Shown here one piece after another: positions 1-8,348 of a stretch of 55,324 bases of DNA. Position 1 is the stretch's first letter. Every line of letters begins with the position of its first letter. A program made the translations under genes and the position numbers. The DNA comes from Ectothiorhodospiraceae bacterium (GTDB lineage Bacteria; Bacteroidota; Ignavibacteria; SZUA-365; GCA-2699105): contig PABJ01000075.1 of assembly GCA_002699105.1 (NCBI GenBank), positions 1 to 55,324 on the forward strand. Reading direction: 5' to 3'. The notes under the pieces are model-generated. The model was not told where the DNA came from and made no database searches. It saw only the letters and a program-made list of their open reading frames with translations.

Positions 1-419
1 TCACCGACGTGAAGAACTCGCCGCTCGGCGATATCACGCTGTTCGAAGAAGATCATGGCGATATCGAGATCGTGTATGCCGCGGTGAAGGCTCAGAAGTC
101 CGGCCCGGTCGTTACAGCAGCTCCTGCTTCTGTCTCGCTAGAGCAGAACTATCCGAACCCCTTCAATCCGTCGACGAGCATCAGCTACACGCTGACCGAC
201 GAATCGACGGTTACCCTGCGTGTCCTTGACATGCTCGGTCGCGAAGTCTCGACGCTTGTGAATGAGACCCAGGCAGCCGGCAGCTATTCGGTTGTGTGGG
301 AAGGTACGGACGCTTCCGGACAATTGCTCCCGAGCGGAACGTACCTGTATCGCCTCGATGCAGTACCTGCTAACGGCGATGCCTTTACGAGCACCAAGAA
401 GATGACGCTCTCGAAGTAA
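1..419 (+). CDS. 3' fragment of a secreted protein with a T9SS (Por) C-terminal sorting domain; the 5' end lies outside the window
   Basis: The frame-3 ORF is open to the window edge. The C-terminal ~80 aa (LEQNYPNPFNPSTSISYTL...GTYLYRLDA) fits the T9SS C-terminal sorting domain pattern. A hairpin terminator follows. Confidence 0.75.
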   Translation, partial: TDVKNSPLGDITLFEEDHGDIEIVYAAVKAQKSGPVVTAAPASVSLEQNYPNPFNPSTSISYTLTDESTVTLRVLDMLGREVSTLVNETQAAGSYSVVWEGTDASGQLLPSGTYLYRLDAVPANGDAFTSTKKMTLSK

Positions 420-473
420 ACCCGTCCCTGGTTTCCTTGCGACGATTGCTTCGTTAGCAATAGCCAAATTCCA

Positions 474-508
474 ACGAACGCCCGGCAGTGCCGGGCGTTC
501 GTTTTTTA
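474..508 (+). terminator. Rho-independent terminator after the first T9SS cargo gene
   Basis: GC-rich inverted repeat acgaacgcccggc / gccgggcgttcgt with a 3-nt loop, followed by TTTTTT. Confidence 0.7.
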
Positions 509-602
509 TATCATGGGTACCGGGTAAGTGGCTTTCTTCTGAGCGGAAAATCCCATACTTTTCATGGATCGAAAGCTCGTAATCATTCAATTGCATTCCC
601 GT

Positions 603-1838
603 ATGAAATCGACACGTTGGCTTAATCTGCTGGTATTGCTCTGCATGAGTGCTGGAGCATTGTCTGTTCCTGGAATCCTGAAAGCGCAGAAAACCTACGA
701 TGATTGCCGACGCGTTATCTACTACGACGACATCTTCGGGCAGGATGAACTCTACACCGAGGTCATTCCTACGACGAGGTTTGCTGTCAGAGTGACACCG
801 GATGCCGGGACGCAGATTGATACCATCGTCATCGGTTTTGCTATTGTTAAAACACCTGCAACGAGATTTACCCCCGACACCGTCCTTGTTGAGTTCCTTG
901 AAGATGTAGACCCGCTGCTCGATAACGTTATAGAAGAACGGTTGTTTCGTCTCTCCCCGGTACAGGGAGGTTTCCCTCTCGGATTCTACAATCTTGAATT
1001 GAACACCCAAGGCAAGGAGCCCCCGAAAGTAGATTTCCCTCCGCGTGAGTTTTGGGTCGCCTGGCGGTTCAAGGGACCGAAGGTAGACAGCGCGCGTATT
1101 CAGCTCCGGAAGCCTTCCAAGGGCGAGCTGCGGCATATCGTCCTTGATAAGAATTCGAATCGTAAAACGATATCGAATCACGTGTACTGGAGAACCCAGG
1201 ACAGCGTGGATCTCAAGTTCGAGGCGCGTCTCTGCTACGCCGGCATACCGGTGGAGTTTCACCAGATTCGTGTGAACTACGTCGGCGGGTTGGCGCGACT
1301 GGAATGGCGCACTGAGAACGAAGAGAATAACTTCGGCTTCTATATTGAACGGCTGGTCCCCGGTTCCGATCACATTTCATTGTGGGAACGTATAGGATTC
1401 GTTCCGGCAAGCGGTGAAGAGAGTTCTGCCCCTTACTCATTCGAAGATCCCGCGCCTGCGGTTGCATTGCAGGACGATGGCACGGTGCGCTACCGTTTGA
1501 AACAAGTCGATTACGACGGCCAGCAGAGAGTATCCCCGGTTCAGATTCTGCGCTTACCGACCGAGACCGCATCATTCAGCCTTGGGCAAAGCTACCCGAA
1601 TCCAGGGCGCGGAGATGCTTCCATCGCGATTCCGTTTTCGCTGAAACAGCCGGAAGCGATCCGATTGACTATTACCGATCCCTTGGGCAGGGAGATCATG
1701 ACGCTGTTTGATGGTGAACTCAATGCAGGATCGCATGCACTGAAGATCCCGGCGGGAAGATTGCAGTCAGGGATGTACCTGTACCGGTTGGAATCGGGCG
1801 ATCAAGTAGTCAGCCGACTGTTGAGCATCGTGGATTGA
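603..1838 (+). CDS. Secreted protein of unknown function with a T9SS C-terminal sorting domain
   Basis: The ORF runs 564..1838. ATG 603 gives the signal peptide MKSTRWLNLLVLLCMSAGALS. The internal module LEWRTENEENNFGFYIER...YRLKQVDYDGQ is common in FCB cargo proteins. The C-terminus LGQSYPNPGRGDASIAIPFSL...GMYLYRLESG is a T9SS sorting domain. Confidence 0.7.
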   Translation: MKSTRWLNLLVLLCMSAGALSVPGILKAQKTYDDCRRVIYYDDIFGQDELYTEVIPTTRFAVRVTPDAGTQIDTIVIGFAIVKTPATRFTPDTVLVEFLEDVDPLLDNVIEERLFRLSPVQGGFPLGFYNLELNTQGKEPPKVDFPPREFWVAWRFKGPKVDSARIQLRKPSKGELRHIVLDKNSNRKTISNHVYWRTQDSVDLKFEARLCYAGIPVEFHQIRVNYVGGLARLEWRTENEENNFGFYIERLVPGSDHISLWERIGFVPASGEESSAPYSFEDPAPAVALQDDGTVRYRLKQVDYDGQQRVSPVQILRLPTETASFSLGQSYPNPGRGDASIAIPFSLKQPEAIRLTITDPLGREIMTLFDGELNAGSHALKIPAGRLQSGMYLYRLESGDQVVSRLLSIVD

Positions 1839-1852
1839 TCTCCGGTTGATTC

Positions 1853-3691
1853 GTGGGGAAGACCCAAAAGAATACTCCTATCCCTCCCGCTACACAAACG
1901 AAGAATCTCTTTCTGGGTGCAGGGATTTTCATCCTTGCATTCGCTGTAAGATTCATCGTCTTGCTGCAGTTTCAAGATATCCCCTTTTACGATCATCACT
2001 TTAGCGATACAGGCATCTATGCCGGTCTCGCGAAGCAGCTTCTCGAAGGCAGCGGAATCGAAGGGGCGTACTTCATGTCCCCGCTCTATCCATACTTCAT
2101 CGCGGCAGTTACGCAGATCACCGGGGAGATGGAATTCTGGGCGAGAATGCTTCAATGCATGGCGGGTGCCGGCACGGTCCTGCTACTCTATCTCTTCGGA
2201 CGGAGATACTTCGATGCGAAGGTTGGCATTGTCTCTGCACTCATCGCATCCTTCTATGCCCCGCTCGTATTCCACGATAACTTGCTCCTCATCGAATCCT
2301 TCCAGGCATTGTTCTTGGTCGCCCATCTTTATACGATGGCCAGGGCTTTGGAAACGGGTCGCATGGATTTTTTTATTCGCGCCGGGCTTCTGCTGGGTAT
2401 CGCGGTTCTGAACCGCTCCAACATCATTTTCTTGCTCCTTGCGTACATCCCTCTCTTCTATTGCAAGCGCGAGGCAATCTCACGGCCGATGCTGACCTAC
2501 GGGGTGATTGCCGCTTCATGCATCATACTGCTCCTGCCGTTTGTCGTCCGCAATAGCGCGATAGAAGGCGAACTGACGTTCATAACCACATCGGGGGGAT
2601 ATAACCTCTATGCGGGCAATAATTCCGCAACAGAGGGTCTGTACAAGGTCCCTGAAGCCGTAGATATAAGCTCCGACCCGAACGGTGTACGGTTTGCGGA
2701 ACAGGCCACAGGCGCCTCTCTCACAAACGGGGAAGCCTCCGACTACTGGGCAGATAAGGCTTTCACGTGGATCGGTGATAACCCAGGCAGGTTCCTCGTA
2801 TTACTTGGGCAAAAGTTTGTCCTGTTCTTCCATCCTGAGGAAATAGAGCAGATCGGTGTCAGCCTCGATTTCGTCAGGATGGAATACGACACTGCGTTGA
2901 ACTGGCTCGTGCCCGGCTTCATCTTTGTCCTGCCATTGTTCGTGTTTGGAATCATTAGCGCGGCATTCGAAAAGAAACGAGAGGCCTTCCTCCCTGCGCT
3001 CGTGCTGGGTGTCTATATTCTCGTAACAATCGTGTTTTTTGTGAACGGTCGCCTCAGGATTCCCGTGATGCCGATCATGATTCTCTTCGCAGGGTATGGC
3101 GCCGTCCAGCTCTATGCGATGCTCGTGCAGAAGGAGTATCAGCGGCTCCTGAAGCCGGTTGCGGCGGCAGGAGTTTGCATTGCAGCTCTCTTGTTGCTAC
3201 AGCCTTCGTACGAGCCCGCATATGAGACGGAATACAACCGCCTGGGCGATATTGCCTTTATCGACGGCGAGTATACGAAGGCTGCGGGATTTTTCGAGCG
3301 ATCGTTGCAGACCAAAAGGACGGCAGTGACCTTAACCAATCTTGGTAACGCCTATGCTGCATCGGGTAGATTTGGTGAGGCTGAAAAGGCATACGAAGAG
3401 GCGCTGCGGCTCGATAAGCAGTACGCTCCTGCGTTGTTTAATAAAGGGAACATGGCGCATCAACGCGGGAAGCTTGATGTTGCGTACACCTACTGGACGA
3501 AGGCTGTAGAGATTGATCCCAACTATGCACCGGTGCGGCGTAACCTCGGCCTCTTGCTGATGCAGGCGGGGAGATTCAAAGATGCATTGCTGCACTTGCA
3601 GGCGTATGTGGATTTAGAACAGGATCCCCAACAGCGGGCACCCATTCAGCAGGACATCGAAACGATAAAAGGCATTCTCCAGGGAGAGTAG
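1853..3691 (+). CDS. GT-C fold glycosyltransferase (PMT_2/ArnT-like, GT39/GT83 type) with C-terminal TPR repeats
   Basis: 612 aa with a GTG start. The N-terminal ~450 aa is polytopic and hydrophobic, typical of ArnT/PMT-like enzymes. The C-terminus carries TPR repeats (NLGNAYAASGRFGEAEKAYEEALRLDKQYAPALFNKGN..., AVEIDPNYAPVRRNLGLLL). Confidence 0.7.
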   Translation: MGKTQKNTPIPPATQTKNLFLGAGIFILAFAVRFIVLLQFQDIPFYDHHFSDTGIYAGLAKQLLEGSGIEGAYFMSPLYPYFIAAVTQITGEMEFWARMLQCMAGAGTVLLLYLFGRRYFDAKVGIVSALIASFYAPLVFHDNLLLIESFQALFLVAHLYTMARALETGRMDFFIRAGLLLGIAVLNRSNIIFLLLAYIPLFYCKREAISRPMLTYGVIAASCIILLLPFVVRNSAIEGELTFITTSGGYNLYAGNNSATEGLYKVPEAVDISSDPNGVRFAEQATGASLTNGEASDYWADKAFTWIGDNPGRFLVLLGQKFVLFFHPEEIEQIGVSLDFVRMEYDTALNWLVPGFIFVLPLFVFGIISAAFEKKREAFLPALVLGVYILVTIVFFVNGRLRIPVMPIMILFAGYGAVQLYAMLVQKEYQRLLKPVAAAGVCIAALLLLQPSYEPAYETEYNRLGDIAFIDGEYTKAAGFFERSLQTKRTAVTLTNLGNAYAASGRFGEAEKAYEEALRLDKQYAPALFNKGNMAHQRGKLDVAYTYWTKAVEIDPNYAPVRRNLGLLLMQAGRFKDALLHLQAYVDLEQDPQQRAPIQQDIETIKGILQGE

Positions 3692-3695
3692 GCCG

Positions 3696-4277
3696 CTACT
3701 CGTCATCCTCTTTCTCGGCATCTTTCGACGCCTCCATCGCTTCCTGGATTTCCTCCTCGGTTTCCGGTTCATTGATGGAATAGGGATGGGGAGGCAAATT
3801 CAATACTTCGTCGGCGAAGTGCTCCACAAAATAGGAGACTATGTCTTTCACAGAGACGATCCCTACCGGCTCGAACACATTGTTCACGACCGGAATGTGA
3901 CGGTATCCGCCAAGATCCATGAAATTGAGCGCGTAGGCGATGGTATCCGTCTCGTTGAGCACTTGCGGGTTTGTTGTCATGACCTCGGTGATGGAGGTTG
4001 ATTCGAGTTCAACCGATGCACCTACGATCTTCTTCAGCACATCACGCTCTGTAAAGATCCCGAGGAGCTTGCTGTGGCTCGTCAGCAGAACACATCCGAT
4101 GCGTTTTGTCTTCATCAATGTGATGCACTCGCCGACTGTCGCATCAATTTCGGCAGTGATGGCGGGCTTCATGATGGTTTTCAGCGATCTGCGCAGAATC
4201 GAGGAGTCAATCGGCGAATACAGGTCTTCGTCTTCGCTTTGACTGGCGAATGTATTCTTATCGTCTGTCTGGCTCAT
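3696..4277 (-). CDS. CBS domain pair protein with acidic termini
   Basis: 193 aa with two CBS-like modules (IGCVLLTSHSKLLGIFTERDVLKKI and YRHIPVVNNVFEPVGIVSVKDIVSY). It converges on the GT-C gene with a 4-nt gap. Confidence 0.8.
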   Translation of the reverse strand: MSQTDDKNTFASQSEDEDLYSPIDSSILRRSLKTIMKPAITAEIDATVGECITLMKTKRIGCVLLTSHSKLLGIFTERDVLKKIVGASVELESTSITEVMTTNPQVLNETDTIAYALNFMDLGGYRHIPVVNNVFEPVGIVSVKDIVSYFVEHFADEVLNLPPHPYSINEPETEEEIQEAMEASKDAEKEDDE

Positions 4278-4301
4278 ACTTGCCTCATTGATCGAGATGT
4301 G

Positions 4302-5840
4302 TTATTCGAGTGTACCGATTTCTTTTTCCACAGCATCCAGCACGGTATCCTTTTGTACTAAGGTACGGATTGTATCCATATCCCGGTGCAGAATCCGGTC
4401 GGTATCATGATGTTCGACTACATTCCGAACAGTTCTATGCGCTGCCGTGGTTCCTTTGCCGAACTGTTTTGGCAGATGGAAATCCAGGGCCTGACTGGCC
4501 GTCATGTACTCGATTGTCAGCACCGATTCCACATTCTTCATGATTTGATACGCCTTCCTTGCTGCGATCGAGCCCATGCTGTTATGATCCTCCTGATTCG
4601 CAGATGTCGGAATCGAATCCACGCTGGCTGGGTGTGCAAGCACCTTGTTCTCAGAAACCAGGGCTGCGGCGGTGTATTGGGAGATCATGAGGCCGCTGTT
4701 TAAGCCGCCCTTGCTTGTAAGAAACCTGGGCAGTCCGCTCAGTTTGCCGTTCACCATGCGTTCAATTCTGCGTTCGCTGATGTTTGCCAGTTCAGAGAGG
4801 GCAATACCCAGGAAATCCCCTGCGAGAGCAAGCGGCTGCCCGTGGAAATTCCCGCCTTCGATCAGCTCGCCTGTGTCCGGGAATATCAATGGATTGTCGG
4901 TCGCAGAATTGATCTCGGTTTCCAGTACCTTCACCACGTATCCGATGGCATCGCGGCTTGCTCCGTGAACCTGGGGCATACATCTCAGCGAGTAAGCATC
5001 CTGAACGACGTCGTGATCGTGACGATGACTTTCCCGTAGCTGCGAATCAGCGATGAGAGCCAGGATATTACGCGCAACCCTCTGTTGCCCTTCGTGAGGC
5101 CGTGCTGCATGAAGATGCGGGGAACTTGCCTTATCCGTACCGAGGAGTGCTTCGAGCGTCATCGTTCCAGCAATGTCGAATTGTTTTGCGAGCGATCCGG
5201 CCCGGTGGACTGCCATGCAGAGATACGCACTCATCATCTGCGTGCCGTTAATTAGGGCGAGACCTTCCTTCGCACCAAGCTGCACAGGCTCCAACCCATG
5301 TTTCTCGAATTTTTCGCTCATCGCCGGGCGGTGAATGCCGTCTTCGGCCCAGCACGATCCTTCCGCCATCATGCCCAGTACAAGATGAGAAAGCTGCGCC
5401 AAATCGCCGCTCGATCCCACCGACCCCTGCGATGGGATGACGGGGATAATATCGCGGTTTAGCATGGTCAGGAGCAGTTCGACCGTCTCGATCCTGATGC
5501 CGGAATAGCCTTTCGCCAACGCGTTTGCACGGAGCAACATCAAAGCGCGGGTAACCTCTTTTGGTATCGGCTCACCGCATCCTACGGCATGGCTCTGGAT
5601 GAGGTTGACTTGCAGTGTGTGAAGGTCTTCCTGCGTGATGGAGACATTGCTGAACTCGCCAAAGCCCGTTGTGACTCCGTACATCACCTTGTTTTCCTTC
5701 ACCCAGCTTTCAACCAAAGCGCGGGATGCCTGCATTTTCGAGATTGCGGACTCGGCTAATTCGGCCTGAACGCTGCCGTTAGCGACGTTCCAAACATCGT
5801 GAATTGTGAGAGAATTTCCGTCGAGATATAGTGTACTCAT
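4302..5840 (-). CDS. hutH: Histidine ammonia-lyase (MIO-dependent aromatic amino acid lyase family)
   Basis: Starting at the internal Met (MSTLYLDGNSLTI, ATG at 5838-5840) gives 512 aa. Motifs seen are YGVTTGFGEF, a Ser-His selectivity pair in LIQSHAVG (HAL type) and the MIO region GSVGSSGDLAQLSH. Confidence 0.85.
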   Translation of the reverse strand: MSTLYLDGNSLTIHDVWNVANGSVQAELAESAISKMQASRALVESWVKENKVMYGVTTGFGEFSNVSITQEDLHTLQVNLIQSHAVGCGEPIPKEVTRALMLLRANALAKGYSGIRIETVELLLTMLNRDIIPVIPSQGSVGSSGDLAQLSHLVLGMMAEGSCWAEDGIHRPAMSEKFEKHGLEPVQLGAKEGLALINGTQMMSAYLCMAVHRAGSLAKQFDIAGTMTLEALLGTDKASSPHLHAARPHEGQQRVARNILALIADSQLRESHRHDHDVVQDAYSLRCMPQVHGASRDAIGYVVKVLETEINSATDNPLIFPDTGELIEGGNFHGQPLALAGDFLGIALSELANISERRIERMVNGKLSGLPRFLTSKGGLNSGLMISQYTAAALVSENKVLAHPASVDSIPTSANQEDHNSMGSIAARKAYQIMKNVESVLTIEYMTASQALDFHLPKQFGKGTTAAHRTVRNVVEHHDTDRILHRDMDTIRTLVQKDTVLDAVEKEIGTLE

Positions 5841-6228
5841 AATCACCGAATAGGAGGGGTAATCCTTAATCTCGAAAGCTACGAAGGATCGGCACGTAAT
5901 ACAAGTGCGTGAAAACAGTAGAGATATAGCGGCAAAAGCGCCGTTGTAAATGCGTTTTACTGGCACACTTCGGTGGGCTTATCCCCGCTATAGGGTGCGT
6001 GTACACGCTTTGAGAGCGCTACCCAAGGATACGCTGGTTGTAAAATCGAAACGTTTCATCTACCTTTACTGTTATATCTGTACTGTGCTGAAATTAAACA
6101 AGTTAGCACGGAAATCCATAATTGTGGTACATCTTTTGCCCGCCACAGAGAGAAACCGTACTTCCCCAGGGTACGGTGTGTTCAATCCTCTGTGAGTATC
6201 AGAACTGAAACGCAACACTGGAGTCTGC

Positions 6229-8301
6229 ATGTCCGCACCTGAAACAGCCGTAGATAAAGAAATCACCACTCCCTCGTTGGTCCCGCCGATCGCCATCCCA
6301 TCGGATAGCCGCTTTACGCATCAAGACTTAGTGGAATTCTTCCGCACGATGCTTCTGGCGCGACGGCTCGATCAGAAGATGTTGACGCTGCTCAAGCAGG
6401 GGAAAAGTTTCTTTCATATCGGCGGTTCGGGTCATGAGGCAGGGCAATTGGCGGCAGCGAAAGCGCTCGTCCCGGGAAAAGATTGGTCCTATCCATACTA
6501 CCGCGACCTGACGTACATGCTCGGAATGGGGATGTCCGCAGAACAGATAATGACGAACTTTCTTGCGCGAGCAGCCGACGTTAACTCCGGCGGCCGGCAG
6601 ATGCCGCAGCATTATGGTTTTAAGGACGCCCGTGTTGTGTCCCAATCATCCCCAACGGGGACGCAGTTTCTGCAGGCTGTTGGTACTGCCAAAGGCGCAG
6701 TGCTCGAAGGTCTTGATGAAGTTGTGTACGTCTCTGCCGGGGAAGGGACTACCAGCCAGGGCGATTTTCACGAGGCACTGAATTGGGCCAGCCGCGTCAA
6801 GCTGCCGGTAGTGTTTAATATCCAGGATAATAAGTATGCCATTTCGGTACCGCGTTCGGTACAGACCGGCGGCACCGTTTACGACATGGTGTCCGGCTAC
6901 GTGAATCTCGAGCGCCACGAGGTGGATGGTACGAACTTCTTCGAAACCCACGCTGCATTCGAGCATGCAGTAGACCGTGCCCGGCGAGGCCAGGGACCGA
7001 CGGTCATCGTGACCGATGTTGTCCGCCTGCTCCCGCACTCTTCTTCCGACGATCACCGGAAGTACCGTTCTCCGGAAGAACTTGAGCACGACCAGGCGCG
7101 CGATCCGATTTTGCGCATGCAGAACACCCTGGTCAAAGCGGGAATATTCGACGAAGCCCGTGCCGACGAGATACGCGAGGAGGTGCGCAAAACTGTCGAA
7201 GAGGCGACAGCAACAGCGGAGGCGCTGCCCCAACCCGCCCCCTCGACTGCAACCACATTCGTCTTTGATGAGAATCCCATAGCACTTGAATACGAGAAGT
7301 CCGAGCCAAGCGGGAACAAGGTGGTGCTGGTTGATGCAATCAACCACGCCCTTCACGAGGAAATGGAACGCAACGAGAAGATTGTTGTGTACGGCCAGGA
7401 CGTAGAAGACGGTAAGGGCGGCGTGTTCACCGCGACGAGGGGACTTTCGACGAAGTTTGGCAAGGATCGCTGTTTTAATTCGCCGCTTGCGGAATCGAGC
7501 ATCGTTGGCACGTCCGTTGGATTGGCGGTGAAGGGTTTCAAGCCCGTTGTCGAGATCCAGTTTGGTGACTACATCTGGACAGCGATGATGCAGATTCGCA
7601 ATGAAGTCGCAACGATGAGGTACCGTTCGAATAACCACTGGAGTTCTGCGGTGGTGATCCGTGTGCCGGTTGGCGGTTATATCCACGGCGCACTATACCA
7701 CAGCCAGAACATCGAAGCGTACTTTGCACATGTCCCGGGACTGAAAGTTGCGTACCCATCGAATGCTGCGGATGCGAAAGGATTGCTCAAAACAGCCTGC
7801 CGGATATCTGACCCGGTGCTCTTCCTCGAACACAAGGGTATTTACCGGCAGAGCTACGCCACTGCGCTCGAGCCGGATGCGGACTATTTGCTGCCGTTTG
7901 GTAAGGCGGCGATTCGCCGGGAGGGTTCCGACCTTACGATCGTGACCTGGGGTGCAATCGTCAGTAAGGCGATGGAAACCGCCCGAATCCTGGCCAAAGA
8001 GGGCATAGAGATCGAGGTTATCGATATCCGCACAATTGTGCCCCTCGATATTCAAACAATCATTGAGTCTGTAAAGAAGACAAACAAGGTGCTCGTTGCG
8101 CATGAGGACAACCTCACCGGCGGCTTCGGTGCTGAGATTGCAGCACAGATCGCCAGCGAGGCGTTCGAGCATTTGGACGGCCCTGTCCAGCGCGTGGGAG
8201 CGAAGGATGCCCACATACCGTATTCCTGGGCATTGGAACCTGAAGTGCTGCCCCAGGAAAGCGACGTTCAGGCAGCCGCTCGCGCTCTTCTTGAATACTG
8301 A
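6229..8301 (+). CDS. 2-oxoacid (branched-chain type) dehydrogenase E1 component, fused alpha and beta subunits
   Basis: 690 aa. The N-terminal half carries the TPP-binding alpha motif GEGTTSQGDFHEALNWA. The C-terminal half is transketolase-like beta (VVYGQDV...GGVF, FNSPLAESSIVG, VPLD). GGAG lies upstream of the ATG. Confidence 0.9.
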   Translation: MSAPETAVDKEITTPSLVPPIAIPSDSRFTHQDLVEFFRTMLLARRLDQKMLTLLKQGKSFFHIGGSGHEAGQLAAAKALVPGKDWSYPYYRDLTYMLGMGMSAEQIMTNFLARAADVNSGGRQMPQHYGFKDARVVSQSSPTGTQFLQAVGTAKGAVLEGLDEVVYVSAGEGTTSQGDFHEALNWASRVKLPVVFNIQDNKYAISVPRSVQTGGTVYDMVSGYVNLERHEVDGTNFFETHAAFEHAVDRARRGQGPTVIVTDVVRLLPHSSSDDHRKYRSPEELEHDQARDPILRMQNTLVKAGIFDEARADEIREEVRKTVEEATATAEALPQPAPSTATTFVFDENPIALEYEKSEPSGNKVVLVDAINHALHEEMERNEKIVVYGQDVEDGKGGVFTATRGLSTKFGKDRCFNSPLAESSIVGTSVGLAVKGFKPVVEIQFGDYIWTAMMQIRNEVATMRYRSNNHWSSAVVIRVPVGGYIHGALYHSQNIEAYFAHVPGLKVAYPSNAADAKGLLKTACRISDPVLFLEHKGIYRQSYATALEPDADYLLPFGKAAIRREGSDLTIVTWGAIVSKAMETARILAKEGIEIEVIDIRTIVPLDIQTIIESVKKTNKVLVAHEDNLTGGFGAEIAAQIASEAFEHLDGPVQRVGAKDAHIPYSWALEPEVLPQESDVQAAARALLEY

Positions 8302-8348
8302 TATTTTACTTGAAAGAACAAAGAATAACGAACCTATAAGGATCCGGA

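Noticed and set aside
138-1373. 411-aa ORF on the minus strand spanning two plus-strand genes
   Set aside because: It lies antisense to two ORFs with clear T9SS sorting domains and crosses their intergenic terminator. The translation is Arg-rich, low-complexity and matches no family, so it is a typical shadow ORF.
5841-5966. 42-codon N-terminal extension of the hutH ORF (track start at 5966)
   Set aside because: The extension (MPVKRIYNGAFAAISLLFSRTCITC...) does not resemble HAL N-termini. Starting at the internal Met gives the typical MSTLYLDG... start and a ~512-aa length.
6646-7686. 346-aa minus-strand ORF inside the E1 gene
   Set aside because: It lies antisense to a confidently identified dehydrogenase E1 gene. 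The composition is Arg/His-rich with no motifs, so it is a shadow ORF.
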